A stretch of 64,000 nt of DNA from the NCBI GenBank assembly GCA_963825055.1, contig CAWGSK010000034.1:64001-128000 (forward strand), in the 5' to 3' direction. Within the stretch, counting starts at the first letter, position 1. Each line of letters starts with the position of its first letter. The notes beneath the pieces were generated by a model. The model was not told the origin of the DNA. It saw only the letters and a list, made by a program, of their open reading frames with translations, and did not search any database. The position numbers were made by a program, and so were the translations under genes. The stretch comes from an uncultured Gemmatimonadales bacterium (lineage in GTDB: Bacteria > Gemmatimonadota > Gemmatimonadetes > Gemmatimonadales > GWC2-71-9). Shown here in pieces: positions 1-9,657 of this stretch.

Positions 1-2
1 GG

Positions 3-326
3 AAGGAACTCATCATCCGCGGGGGCCTCAACGTCACCCCCAGGGAAGTAGAGGACGTATTGCGTCTCCACCCAGGCGTGGAGGAGTCCTGCGTAGTCGG
101 GATTCCCAACGACGTGCTCGGCGAGCTCGTCTGCGCCTGTGTCGTACCGGTGGAGGGTGCCATCATCACTGGCGACGAACTCAAGGAGTTCTGTCGCGAC
201 CATCTCGCCGACCACAAGGTGCCCGACCTCGTGCGGTTCTTCGACGCCTTCCCGATGACCGGGTCCGGGAAGGTCAAGCGACGCGAACTTGCACGGGTGG
301 TGGCTCTGGAGCTGAGCGCTACGTGA
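3..326 (+). CDS. AMP-binding acyl-CoA synthetase/ligase, C-terminal part (5' truncated by window)
   Basis: Frame is open from base 3: [20 protein letters not shown]...[13 protein letters not shown]...P-MTGSGKV (A8 and A10 motifs of adenylate-forming enzymes). Confidence 0.9.
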   Translation, partial: KELIIRGGLNVTPREVEDVLRLHPGVEESCVVGIPNDVLGELVCACVVPVEGAIITGDELKEFCRDHLADHKVPDLVRFFDAFPMTGSGKVKRRELARVVALELSAT

Positions 327-1999
327 ATCAGATTCTGTCGTCCCAGGCCCGCACGGGAGTGCGGCCGACCCATGCCCCCAATGCTGCCCTCCTCATCGAC
401 TTCGACAACGTCACGCTGGGCATCCGCTCCGACCTGACCAAGGAGCTGAAGAGCCTGCTGTCCAGCGACATCATCAAGGGCAAGGTGGCGGTGCAGCGCG
501 CCTATGCCGACTGGCGCCGCTACCCGCAGTACATCGTGCCGCTGTCAGAGTCCTCGATCGACCTCATCTTCGCGCCGGCCTTCGGCACGAACAAGAAGAA
601 CGCGACCGACATCCGGCTCGCGATCGATGCGATCGAGCTGGTGTTCACCCGCCCCGAAATCGGGACCTTCATCCTTCTCTCGGGCGACAGCGACTTCTCG
701 ACGATGGTCATCAAGCTGAAGGAGTACGGCAAGTACGTCATCGGCGTCGGCCTGCGGGAATCCGCCAGCGACCTGCTGATCCAGAACTGCGACGAGTACT
801 ACTCCTACAGCGACCTCGCGGGCCTCTCCCGGGAGGATGACCGTCCCTCCGCCCAGCGCGACCCGTGGGAACTGGTCACGGAGGCGGTGACCCAGATGAT
901 CCGGCGCAACGACGTGATGCGCTCCGACCGCCTCAAGCAGGTCATGCAGCAGATCGACCCGAACTTCGATGAGCACAATGCCGGCTTCAACCGGTTCAGC
1001 AAGTTCATCGTGGAAGCCGGCAACCGCGGGCTCGTGAAGGTCCAGAAGCTGGAGAACGGGCAGTACGAGATCGCGCCGGTGGCCGGCGGCACCGGCGCCG
1101 GTACCGCGGCTGCCCCGGCCCCCGAGGCGAAGCCCGAAGGACGCGAAAGCTCGCGGCGGGGCCGCGGCCGTCGCGGTGGAAGGGGCCGGGACCGGGGCGA
1201 GAAGGCCGAGAGGGTCGAGACTGTCGAGACGGCCGAGACGGAGGCGAAGGCGCCGGAGGCCACCGCGAAGAGGGCGACGCCCGGGCGGAGTGGGGGCCGC
1301 CAGGACCTGAGCCTGGCGCAGGCGTTCGACCTGCTGCGCCGCGCGCTCGAGGAGCTGCCGCGTCCCACAACCGACGATGCCCTCCGCAACCGCATGAGTG
1401 CCCTGTACGGGCGGCATGACGTGCTGCTCGAGGGAGAGCGGTTCGAGCGTCTCATCCGTCAGGCGCACGATGCCGAGATCATCGACCTCGCCAAGGGGGC
1501 CGAAGGCGGGTTCAGCGTCACCCAGCGCGGCGTGGCCCCGACGCCCCAGGCCCGGACCGCGCCGGAGGCATCCAGCGGCCCCGCAACCGATGGCAAGGTG
1601 TCGCTCGACACGGCAACACGTGGCCGGCTGGGATTCCGCCGCGGCTCGCGTACCGGGATGCGGTCCGCGGAGGTTCAGCTGGTCGGGGTAGTCGACCTCG
1701 GCGAGGAGGGTGGCCCCGCGAAGGAGGAGAAGGCCGTGGACAGCGGGAAGAAGGAGACGGGCTCCCGCACGACCCGGAAGAAGGCCACCAAGCGGACGAA
1801 GAAGACCGGGACAAAGAAGGCCACGAGCCGGAAGAAGTCCGCGAGCCGGAAGGCGGCCTCCAGCGGTTCCGGGGAGTCCGCGGCCGACCCGAAGGACGAA
1901 ACGAAGGCCGCCTCGGAGAAGGAGGCCAAGCCGCGCAAGCGCCGCCCCAGGCGGAAGAGTACCAAGTCCACGGCGAAGTCGGCCGGGGATGGCGAGTAG
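323..1999 (+). CDS. NYN (PIN-like) domain protein with OST-HTH/LOTUS-like domain and long Lys/Arg-rich disordered tail
   Basis: [26 protein letters not shown] and LLSGDSDFS motifs; QIDPNFDE...[14 protein letters not shown]-like segment; GTGA overlap with upstream stop. Confidence 0.88.
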   Translation: MNQILSSQARTGVRPTHAPNAALLIDFDNVTLGIRSDLTKELKSLLSSDIIKGKVAVQRAYADWRRYPQYIVPLSESSIDLIFAPAFGTNKKNATDIRLAIDAIELVFTRPEIGTFILLSGDSDFSTMVIKLKEYGKYVIGVGLRESASDLLIQNCDEYYSYSDLAGLSREDDRPSAQRDPWELVTEAVTQMIRRNDVMRSDRLKQVMQQIDPNFDEHNAGFNRFSKFIVEAGNRGLVKVQKLENGQYEIAPVAGGTGAGTAAAPAPEAKPEGRESSRRGRGRRGGRGRDRGEKAERVETVETAETEAKAPEATAKRATPGRSGGRQDLSLAQAFDLLRRALEELPRPTTDDALRNRMSALYGRHDVLLEGERFERLIRQAHDAEIIDLAKGAEGGFSVTQRGVAPTPQARTAPEASSGPATDGKVSLDTATRGRLGFRRGSRTGMRSAEVQLVGVVDLGEEGGPAKEEKAVDSGKKETGSRTTRKKATKRTKKTGTKKATSRKKSASRKAASSGSGESAADPKDETKAASEKEAKPRKRRPRRKSTKSTAKSAGDGE

Positions 2000-2594
2000 G
2001 CCGCGACGGGCAGCGACTCCGCTGCCCGTCCGCTTTTTCGCCCGCCGGGCCGACGTGGTCGCGCGGGCACTGCTGGGGCAGGTGGTGGTGTCCACCATTG
2101 ACGGCGTGCGCACCGCCGGGCGCATTGTGGAAACCGAGGCCTACCTGGGTGGCGAGGATCCGGCCAGTCACGCATGGGCCTTCCGGAAAACGGAGCGGAA
2201 CCGCGGGCTCTTCGGCCCGGAGGGCAGCTGGTACGTCTACCGCTCCTACGGGATCCACTGGTGCGCCAACCTGGTGTGCGCGCCCCGGCCGGCGGGCGGG
2301 GCAGTCCTTCTCCGGGCGCTCGAGCCGCTGGAGGGTATCGACGCGATGCGCGCCCGCCGCGGCCCCCGCACCGACCGCGAACTCTGCGGCGGGCCCGGCC
2401 GGCTTTGCGAGGCCCTCGGCATTACCCGGGAGCTCGACGAGCGCATGATGGAGGAGAGCGAGGTGCTGGTCATCCCGGGCGAACGCATCCCCCGGAGCCG
2501 GATCGCAGCGGGCCCGCGGATCGGGATCACGAAGGCGGTGGAGCTGCCGTTGAGGTATGTCGTGAGGGGGAGCGGGTGGGTGTCGCGGAAGTGA
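1989..2594 (+). CDS. mpg: DNA-3-methyladenine glycosylase (AAG/MPG family)
   Basis: VARALLG, GRIVETEAYLG-EDPASH, YVYRSYGIHWC, GPGRLCEALGI, GPRIGITKA; start moved to ATG 1989. Confidence 0.92.
   Translation: MASRPRRAATPLPVRFFARRADVVARALLGQVVVSTIDGVRTAGRIVETEAYLGGEDPASHAWAFRKTERNRGLFGPEGSWYVYRSYGIHWCANLVCAPRPAGGAVLLRALEPLEGIDAMRARRGPRTDRELCGGPGRLCEALGITRELDERMMEESEVLVIPGERIPRSRIAAGPRIGITKAVELPLRYVVRGSGWVSRK
2005..2038 (+). terminator. Terminator-like hairpin just after the NYN stop, inside the 5' end of mpg
   Basis: GACGGGCAGCG-actc-CGCTGCCCGTC perfect 11-bp stem followed by cgcTTTTT. Confidence 0.45.
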
Positions 2595-2752
2595 CTGGCG
2601 ATGAGTGAGTGAATGATAGTGATTAGTGATTAGTGCTTGGCGTGCAAGCGCCTGAAGCGAATGAGCGGCGATCGGGGCAATGGCCCGTCGCCGCTCACTC
2701 GTATCTGCCTTGAATTACCAGTCACGACTCAACAGTCACTACTCATTACCCG
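2590..2752. repeat. Degenerate 7-mer tandem repeats in opposite orientations flanking a hairpin between convergent genes
   Basis: AGTGACT..AGTGAGT..AGTGATT AGTGATT AGTGCTT, then GAGCGGCGA/TCGCCGCTC stem, then CACGACT CAACAGT CACTACT CATTACC. Confidence 0.6.
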
Positions 2753-3401
2753 TAATGCTCTCCTTCGCGCCACCCAGCGACAGCCGCAGGCCACCCACGA
2801 AGCTGTGGGTCGGGCCGCTCAGGAGTTTGCCGGCCGCAGGCGAGGTGGTGATCTGGTACATGCCGAACACCTGGACGCCGCCCGCCTGGAGCTGCAGGCC
2901 TGCCACGAAGGTGCCGAAGCCCGTGCTGCCGAGGTCCTCGGCAACCCGGCGCGCGTTGGCGGCCTCGTCCGGGGTCGCAAACGGGCCGGCCGGAACCGGG
3001 TTGTGCAGGTGCATGATCCCGCCCCCCACGCCGATGAACGGCTGCGCGGGTGACTTGAGCGGATACACCATCAGGACGGCTGAATATTTCCGGATGTCAT
3101 TGAAGGTGACCTGGCGCTGGCCGGTGGCCGCGCTCGGGTCGATGTAGGCCGTCACCTCGTCGGACCCGATTCCCTCGTCCACCGACACCATGAGCGCCGT
3201 GCGCCTGGCCGTGATGACCATGCTGCCGCCGGCGGTGGGAATCCCGGACCGTGTCTGGGCGGGGGTCTCGAAGACCGTCACGCCGCCCTGCCCGCCAATG
3301 TACCAGTGGAACATGTTTCCCTTGAGCTGGGCCGCGAGATTCGGGGCGGTCAGCAAGGCGGCGGCAAGGACCAGGATACCGCTCTGGATGAACCTCTTCA
3401 T
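2739..3401 (-). CDS. Exported protein, probable small outer-membrane beta-barrel
   Basis: GGAGGA RBS before ATG 3401; signal peptide MKRFIQSGILVLAAALLTAPNLAA; alternating beta-strand pattern (QPFIGVGGG, FVGGLRLSL). Confidence 0.65.
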   Translation of the reverse strand: MKRFIQSGILVLAAALLTAPNLAAQLKGNMFHWYIGGQGGVTVFETPAQTRSGIPTAGGSMVITARRTALMVSVDEGIGSDEVTAYIDPSAATGQRQVTFNDIRKYSAVLMVYPLKSPAQPFIGVGGGIMHLHNPVPAGPFATPDEAANARRVAEDLGSTGFGTFVAGLQLQAGGVQVFGMYQITTSPAAGKLLSGPTHSFVGGLRLSLGGAKESITGNE

Positions 3402-3747
3402 CAGAGTCCTCCGGAAGTGCGCGTCTCGTTTCGCGGTGCGCAGGTAGGGTGAGACGGGTGACGGCAGGGCCGGCCGCCTCAGGATTAACATCGGGCTTTT
3501 GTCGGAATCCGGCAAATCCCGAACCGGGAGCCGCTCCCGGGCCGTCCGGCGGTGCGCGGGGGCCGCCGGGGAGCCCGGGCTTGTGCTGCATCTATTTGGT
3601 ATGGTTGAACTTGGATCATGACAGCCTGGTCGGCCCGCCGTCCGTTCCGATGAAGGCCGCCGCAGGCGCCGGATAGCCCCCGCCTTCCTGGCGCCGTCGG
3701 CCTAAGGCATTTGCAAACAACAGCTTGCAAAACGCCAGAAGACGCTC

Positions 3748-4947
3748 CTAGATCAATTCGAGTTTCCTGCCGACTTTCCGGATGGCTGACAGGGCCTCGT
3801 CCAGGTCGTCCCGTGTATGGGCAGCGGAGATCTGGCATCGGATCCGTGCCTCACCCTGGGGCACGACCGGATAGCCGAATCCGGTCACGAACACGCCTTC
3901 GTCCAGCAGCATCCGGCTCATCCGGATCGCCTGTGCGGTTTCGCCCAGGATGACCGGGATGATCGGTGTCTCACCCGGCAGGGGGCGGAAGCCTTCCGCC
4001 AGAAGTTGCTCGCGGAAGTAGTTCGCATTGTCCCGGAGCCGGCCGACCAGATCGGGATGGGCTTCGAGGTACTGCACGCTTGCCAGGGCGCTTGCGGCCA
4101 CTGTCGGGGGAAGCGCGTTGGAGAAGAGCTGCGGGCGGGCCCGCTGCGTGAGGTAGTCGCAGGCGGCCTCGCTGCCCGCGACGAAGCCTCCCGCAGCGCC
4201 CCCCAGCGCCTTGCCCAGGGTGGAGGTGATGAGGTCCACCTCTCCCACCATGCCGAAGTGTTCTGCCGTGCCGCGCCCGTTCGTGCCGAGGACGCCCGTG
4301 GCGTGGGAATCGTCGAGCAGCAGGACCGCGCCGTGCTTCCGGCAGACCTCCAGGAGGTCGGGCAGGGGGGTAATCGCGCCTTCCATGGAGAACACGCCGT
4401 CGCTCATCACCAGCTTGACTTTCCGGTCCGACGCGGCGGCCAGCTTCGCATCCAGGTCCTTCATGTCGGCGTGGCGATAGACGCCCGTCGCGCACTTGGT
4501 GATCGACTTGGCGAGCCGGATGCCGTCGATGATGGACGCGTGGTTGAGCTGATCGCTCAGGACGAGGTCGTCCTCGGTGAGGAAGGTCGCCGGGACCGCC
4601 TCGTTGGCGTTCCAGCAGCTCACGAAGCTCAGGGAGGCACCCGTCCCCACCAGCCGGGCGCAGGCGCCCTCGAGTTCGCGGTGGACGGTGAACGTGCCGC
4701 AGATGAACCGCACCGAGGCCGTGCCGGCGCCATAGCGGTCAAGGCCCGCCTTGCCGGCCGCCACGACCTCCGGGTTGTTGCTGAGGCCGAGGTAGTTGTT
4801 GGACGAGAGCACGATCACCTCGCCACGGCCTTCCATCGTGACGCGGGCATCCTGCGGCCCCTCGATGTAGTTCAGGGTCTTGTAGACCTCGTCGCGGCGG
4901 AAATGCTCGAGTCCCTCGCGGAGCCTTGATTCCAGGGTGTTCGTCAT
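3748..4947 (-). CDS. kbl: Glycine C-acetyltransferase (2-amino-3-ketobutyrate CoA ligase)
   Basis: SSNNYLGL, ASVRFICGT, DQLNHASIIDG, STLGKALGGA-GG (PLP Lys), ARPQLFSN; ATGA overlap with tdh. Confidence 0.95.
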   Translation of the reverse strand: MTNTLESRLREGLEHFRRDEVYKTLNYIEGPQDARVTMEGRGEVIVLSSNNYLGLSNNPEVVAAGKAGLDRYGAGTASVRFICGTFTVHRELEGACARLVGTGASLSFVSCWNANEAVPATFLTEDDLVLSDQLNHASIIDGIRLAKSITKCATGVYRHADMKDLDAKLAAASDRKVKLVMSDGVFSMEGAITPLPDLLEVCRKHGAVLLLDDSHATGVLGTNGRGTAEHFGMVGEVDLITSTLGKALGGAAGGFVAGSEAACDYLTQRARPQLFSNALPPTVAASALASVQYLEAHPDLVGRLRDNANYFREQLLAEGFRPLPGETPIIPVILGETAQAIRMSRMLLDEGVFVTGFGYPVVPQGEARIRCQISAAHTRDDLDEALSAIRKVGRKLELI

Positions 4948-5984
4948 GCGCCGATCTCCAGGATGACCTTGCCCGCCGAGCCGTCTTTGATGACCTGGAT
5001 GGCCTCGGCGATCTGGTCGAGGCGGAAGCGATGGGTGATGACCGGGGTCGGGTCGAACTGGCCGGCACGGAGAAAACGTCCCATGAGCGACCACGTCTCG
5101 TACATCCGGCGCCCGGTGACCCCGTACACGGTGATGCCCTTGAAGATGATGTCGCGCGCGAAATCCACCTCGGTGGTGCGGTTGGGCGTACCCAGGAGGT
5201 TCACGCGCCCGGCCGGCCGGACCACGGCGAAGGCCTGGGCGTGGCCGCTGGGATGTCCGCTCATCTCGCAGACCAGGTCGATCCCGTCACCCCCGGTCAG
5301 TTCCATGACGCGGGCGGTGACATCCTCCGAGGCGGGGTCGAGCACCGCATGCGCCCCCATGGCCTGCGCGATCTTCCGGCGGGTGGGGTTGTAGTCGCTC
5401 GCGATCACCTGCGAGGCCCCGGCGGCGCGGGCGATGCCCACGGCAAAGCAGCCGATGGGGCCGCACCCGATGACCATGACCGTGCTGCCGGGCACCTCGG
5501 CCTCGAGCACCGTATGGACCGCGTTGCCGATCGGGTCCATGATGGCACCCACCTCCGGGGCGATCCCGTCCAGCCGTATCACGTTGGAGGCCGGCATGGC
5601 GATGTAATCGGCAAACGCGCCGTCACGGTCCACGCCGATGATCTGGGTCCGGGTGCAGACATGGAAGTCGCCGGTGCGGCACGGGATGCAGTGGCCGCAG
5701 ATGATGTGCCCCTCGGCCGTGACCAGGTCGCCCACGGCCAGCAGGCCTGCGGCCTCGGCGTCGTCGCCGAGCTCGACGATCTCCCCGCTGAACTCATGGC
5801 CGATCACGACGGGGGGCTTGAGCCGGTTGCTGGCCCAGGCGTCCCATTCCCAGATATGGAGATCCGTGCCGCAGACGCCGGCGAAGCGAACCTTGATCAG
5901 GACTTCATGGGGACCGCAGGTGGGCCTGGGGACCTCCCGCAGTTCCATTCCGGGGCCGGCGGTTGTCTTGACCAGCGCGCGCAT
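4944..5984 (-). CDS. tdh: L-threonine 3-dehydrogenase
   Basis: GVCGTDLHIWEWDAWA, GHEFSG, EGHIICGHCIPC...C, GCGPIG; coupled to kbl. Confidence 0.95.
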   Translation of the reverse strand: MRALVKTTAGPGMELREVPRPTCGPHEVLIKVRFAGVCGTDLHIWEWDAWASNRLKPPVVIGHEFSGEIVELGDDAEAAGLLAVGDLVTAEGHIICGHCIPCRTGDFHVCTRTQIIGVDRDGAFADYIAMPASNVIRLDGIAPEVGAIMDPIGNAVHTVLEAEVPGSTVMVIGCGPIGCFAVGIARAAGASQVIASDYNPTRRKIAQAMGAHAVLDPASEDVTARVMELTGGDGIDLVCEMSGHPSGHAQAFAVVRPAGRVNLLGTPNRTTEVDFARDIIFKGITVYGVTGRRMYETWSLMGRFLRAGQFDPTPVITHRFRLDQIAEAIQVIKDGSAGKVILEIGA

Positions 5985-6089
5985 GAGTGCTCGAGGCTGA
6001 GGTGCGGCGGGAAAGGTAATGGGATGCCGAGGCGAGGAGCAGTCGCCGCGCGCGCGCGGCGACTGGCGAGTGGCGAGTGGGGAAGGGGC

Positions 6090-9026
6090 CTAGGCCACCG
6101 CGGCGGGGACGGGCTCGATGCGTACTGCGCTCACCTTGAACGAGGCAATCTTGGCATACGGGTCGAGAGTCGGGTTGGTCAGCAGGTTCACGGCGGCCTC
6201 CCGGAAGTGCATCGGGATGAAGATCTGGCCGGGGGCCTGCCGATCGGAGATCCGGACACCGATCAGGAGCGTGCCCCGCCGCGAGGAGATGCGGACGGTG
6301 TCGCCCTCGCCCACGCCGAGACGCTCGGCGTCGGCGGCGTGCATGTCCACGATGGGCACCGGCTCGCGCGAGTCGAGGCCACGGCTGCGGCGGGACATGG
6401 TGCCGGTATGCCAGTGGTACATCATCCGGCCGGTGTTGAGGACGAAGGGAAACTCCTCATCCGGGAGTTCGCTGGGCGGGAGGAACTCGACGGGAACGAA
6501 ACGGCCGCGGCCGTCGGGGGTGGGGAAGCGTTCGGCGAACAGGAACGGCGTACCGGGGCTGTCGGTGGTCCCCACCGGGTACTGCAGCCCTGCAGGCCGC
6601 AGGTTCGGGTACCGCACGCCCCGCCAGGACGGGGTCACGGTGGCGATCTCGTTCATGACCTCCTCCGCGCCGGTGAAGTGGGTGGGTAGTCCGAGGCGGT
6701 TCGTCAGGTCGACGAGGATCTCCAGGTCACGGCGCGCGTCACCCGGTGGGTCGAGCGCGGCGTCGAGGATCTGGATCCGGCGTTCGGTGTTCACGAAGGT
6801 GCCCTGCTTCTCGGCGAAGCTCGAGCCCGGAAGGACGACGTCGGCCCAGCGGGCGGTTTCGGTCAGGAAGAGGTCCTGTACGCCGAGGAACTCCAGGCCA
6901 CGGACCCAGCCCTCCGCGTGCGAGATGTCGGGATCGGACATCACCGGATTCTCGCCCATGATATACAGGCCGCGGATCCCCGACTCGGGCTTCGTCATCT
7001 CGGTGACCATCAGGCCGTTTTCCAGCGAGAGCGTCTCCGCAGGAATCTCCCAGGCCGCCGCGTAGTCGGCGCGGACCTCGGGGTTGGTCACCGGGCGGTA
7101 GTCGGTGTAGACGAAGGGAATCGCCCCGACGTCGCTGGCGCCCTGAACGTTGTTCTGGCCCCGGATGGGGAGCATGGCCGCTCCCCAGCGCCCGATCATC
7201 CCGCAGCCCAGGATCAGGTTGAGCAGGCTCGCGACGATGTCAGTGCCGGTGGAGTGCTGGGTCAGGCCCATGGCCCAGAGCGTCGAGGTGTTCGGCCCCC
7301 GGGCGTACCGTTCGGCCGCCCGGCGGATCGTCTCCTCCGGGATGCCGGTCAGCCGGGAGCCCACTTCGAGGGTATACGGCCGCACGGCCTCACGGACCGC
7401 GTCGAAGTCGGTCGTCCGGTTGGCGACGAACTCCTCGTTCACCAGTCCGGCATCGATCACGTGGGCCAGCATGGTGTTGAAGAGGGCGACGTCGGTGCCT
7501 GGCTGGAGCTGGAGGTGGATATCGGCCAGGGCGGCGAGTTCGGTCCGGCGGACGTCGGCAACAATGAGCGTCGCCCCGCGAGCCACGGCCCGCTTGATCA
7601 GCGCGCCGAAGACGGGGTGCGACTCCGTGGTATTGGCGCCGGCGATGAAGATGACGTCACACGCCTCCTCGATCTCGCGCATGGAGCCGGAGGCGGCCGA
7701 GGTGCTGAGGGCCCGCATCATGGCGCTCACGGAGGTCGAATGGCAGAGCCGGGTGCAGTGGTCCACGCTGTTTGTGCCCAGGGCCCCGCGGACCATGCGC
7801 ATGAAGAGGTAGTTCTCCTCGTTCGTGCACTTGGCCGAGGAGAGCCCGGCGAGGGCGCGCGGGCCGTGCTCCTCCCTGATGCGGGTGAGTTCCTGGGCGG
7901 CCAGGCTCAGCGCTTCCTCCCATGTCGCCTCGCGGAAGGCGCTGAACCACCCCGGCGGGGTCGCGACCCGGTTGCGGGAGTCGTCGTCGCTGACGACCGG
8001 CAGGCCGGTCCGGCGGGACTTTCCGATGCTCCGCTCGGGCGGCCGTGGCTTGCTGTGGCGCGCGCCTTCGGCAATCGTCTCCCACGGTCCCTCGCGATGG
8101 CGGGGCCACTCGCCGGACCACACCCAGCGGTCGCCCTCGCGCTCCCATCCCTTCCGGATCAGCGGCGAGGTCAGGCGATCCCGGTGCTGGAGGAAGTCGT
8201 ACCCGAATCGTCCCTTCACGCAGGTCGACCCCTGGTTCGGGGTGTCGTCCTCGATCCACGGCGAGGTTACCCGCAGGAGGTCGTCATCCTTCACGTGGAG
8301 GTCGAGCTGGCACCCCACGCCGCAATACGGACAGACCGACCGCACGACCTTGTCGGGGTGACGGAGCGCCTGGGCGCCGAAGCGCTGGTGCGGGATGAAC
8401 TCGAAAATGGCGCCGGTCGGGCAGACCCGGACGCACTCGCCACACCAGGTGCACCCGGCGTGGTCGGGGTCGCCGTCGCCGCCCACCACGATGCGGGTGC
8501 CGGCGCCACGGTCTCCCACGTCAAGCACGCCGACCTCCTGGATATCCTCGCAGGCGCGCACGCAGCGGGTGCAGAGGATGCACAGGGTCATGTCGTGCTG
8601 GATCATCACGTCCCCGGGCCTCTCGTCGCCAGTGCGGAGCGGGAGCTCCGAAGGGTGGTCGACCGGCACATCATAGCGTTCGAGATAGCCCTCGAACTCG
8701 TTCCGCGCCTCGGCCCGGCCGCCGTTGTGCAGGTGTCCCGTGGGATAGCGTTCGAGCAGCAGCGAGAGAACCCCGCGTCGGCTGTCGATCACCGTGGCGG
8801 ACTCCGTCGCGATCTCCATCCCGTCCTCCGCCGGCGTGGCGCAGGCGGGCGCGAGCTTCGGCCGGCCGGCGACCTCCACCAGGCAGATCCGGCAGTTGCC
8901 GACCGTCGGCAGCTTCGGGTACCAGCACAGGGTCGGGATGTCGGCGCCGGCGCGTCGCGCGGCGTCGAGGATGGTTTCGCCGGGGGTAAATGAGACCGGT
9001 GCGCCGTTCAGCGTGATTGTGGGCAT
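6090..9026 (-). CDS. fdhF: Formate dehydrogenase alpha subunit (Mo/W-bisPGD, Cys ligand; N-terminal 2Fe-2S and 4Fe-4S domains)
   Basis: IPTLC...CRIC (2Fe-2S), CILCTRCVRAC and CTWCGECVRVCP, CPYCGVGC...CVKGRFG, SAKCTNEENY, DHCTRLCHS, RGQNNVQG, molybdopterin-dinucleotide C-terminus. Confidence 0.93.
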   Translation of the reverse strand: MPTITLNGAPVSFTPGETILDAARRAGADIPTLCWYPKLPTVGNCRICLVEVAGRPKLAPACATPAEDGMEIATESATVIDSRRGVLSLLLERYPTGHLHNGGRAEARNEFEGYLERYDVPVDHPSELPLRTGDERPGDVMIQHDMTLCILCTRCVRACEDIQEVGVLDVGDRGAGTRIVVGGDGDPDHAGCTWCGECVRVCPTGAIFEFIPHQRFGAQALRHPDKVVRSVCPYCGVGCQLDLHVKDDDLLRVTSPWIEDDTPNQGSTCVKGRFGYDFLQHRDRLTSPLIRKGWEREGDRWVWSGEWPRHREGPWETIAEGARHSKPRPPERSIGKSRRTGLPVVSDDDSRNRVATPPGWFSAFREATWEEALSLAAQELTRIREEHGPRALAGLSSAKCTNEENYLFMRMVRGALGTNSVDHCTRLCHSTSVSAMMRALSTSAASGSMREIEEACDVIFIAGANTTESHPVFGALIKRAVARGATLIVADVRRTELAALADIHLQLQPGTDVALFNTMLAHVIDAGLVNEEFVANRTTDFDAVREAVRPYTLEVGSRLTGIPEETIRRAAERYARGPNTSTLWAMGLTQHSTGTDIVASLLNLILGCGMIGRWGAAMLPIRGQNNVQGASDVGAIPFVYTDYRPVTNPEVRADYAAAWEIPAETLSLENGLMVTEMTKPESGIRGLYIMGENPVMSDPDISHAEGWVRGLEFLGVQDLFLTETARWADVVLPGSSFAEKQGTFVNTERRIQILDAALDPPGDARRDLEILVDLTNRLGLPTHFTGAEEVMNEIATVTPSWRGVRYPNLRPAGLQYPVGTTDSPGTPFLFAERFPTPDGRGRFVPVEFLPPSELPDEEFPFVLNTGRMMYHWHTGTMSRRSRGLDSREPVPIVDMHAADAERLGVGEGDTVRISSRRGTLLIGVRISDRQAPGQIFIPMHFREAAVNLLTNPTLDPYAKIASFKVSAVRIEPVPAAVA

Positions 9027-9053
9027 AGGTCCTTCGCGGGTGATGACGAGCGA

Positions 9054-9083
9054 ATACTAGGGCACAATGCCGCGGGCGGGCAA
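9054..9083 (-). promoter_or_regulatory. Putative sigma-70 promoter of fdh
   Basis: Minus strand TTGCCC-N18-TAGTAT about 30 nt upstream of the fdh ATG. Confidence 0.4.
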
Positions 9084-9385
9084 GCGCTGCGCCGCATGCG
9101 CGAAAGTGTGAACAAACGATGCGATGTGCAGCGATTCACGAAATTCGCGAGACTTTTTTGCACGTGATCGGCATCCCGGATCCGATCCGCGGAAGAAACT
9201 CAAGTGACGGATTTCAAGGAAAGGTATTGCGCGATTTGGTTTTTTTATGATTTTGGTAGTGGCGCTGAGCCCGGAAGTTGCAGGCCAGCACCAGATGCCT
9301 CCGTGCATCGAGGCTTTTTTCCGAAGAGACAGCGGTCTCTTCAACGTCGCCGGCACGAAGCCGGTATCTTCACGCTGGAGGAGTT

Positions 9386-9517
9386 ATGGCGGTAAAGAGA
9401 AAAGCGGCCAAGCGTTCCACGAAGCGTAAGGCGACCAAGAAGAAGGCCGCCTCGCGGAAGAAGGCCTCGAGCCGCAGAAAGACCACGAAGCGGAAGGCGA
9501 CCAAGAAGAAGAAGTAG
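9386..9517 (+). CDS. 43-aa Lys/Arg/Ala-rich histone H1-like basic protein
   Basis: GGAGGA RBS, then MAVKRKAAKRSTKRKATKKKAASRKKASSRRKTTKRKATKKKK*; mostly AAG Lys codons; hairpin downstream. Confidence 0.75.
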   Translation: MAVKRKAAKRSTKRKATKKKAASRKKASSRRKTTKRKATKKKK

Positions 9518-9541
9518 TCTCGCCGTTTTGTGTGTCACCGA

Positions 9542-9563
9542 GGGGCCGGCCGTTGCCGGCCCC
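9542..9563 (+). terminator. Hairpin after the histone-like gene
   Basis: GGGGCCGGC-cgtt-GCCGGCCCC. Confidence 0.45.
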
Positions 9564-9605
9564 AAGTGTTTCTACCCCCCTCGCCTCGTCATCCCCAAAA
9601 CACGA

Positions 9606-9633
9606 ACGCCCCCGGGTACGAACCCGGGGGCGT
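9606..9633. terminator. Strong hairpin between convergent small ORFs (likely terminator)
   Basis: ACGCCCCCGGG-tacgaa-CCCGGGGGCGT; TCGTGTTTT follows on the minus strand. Confidence 0.6.
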
Positions 9634-9657
9634 GATTCCACCTGCACGCTTTCGCGC

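Noticed and set aside
7743..7745. Possible selenocysteine in formate dehydrogenase
   Set aside because: The active-site codon is TGC (Cys) in RLCHS; there is no in-frame TGA
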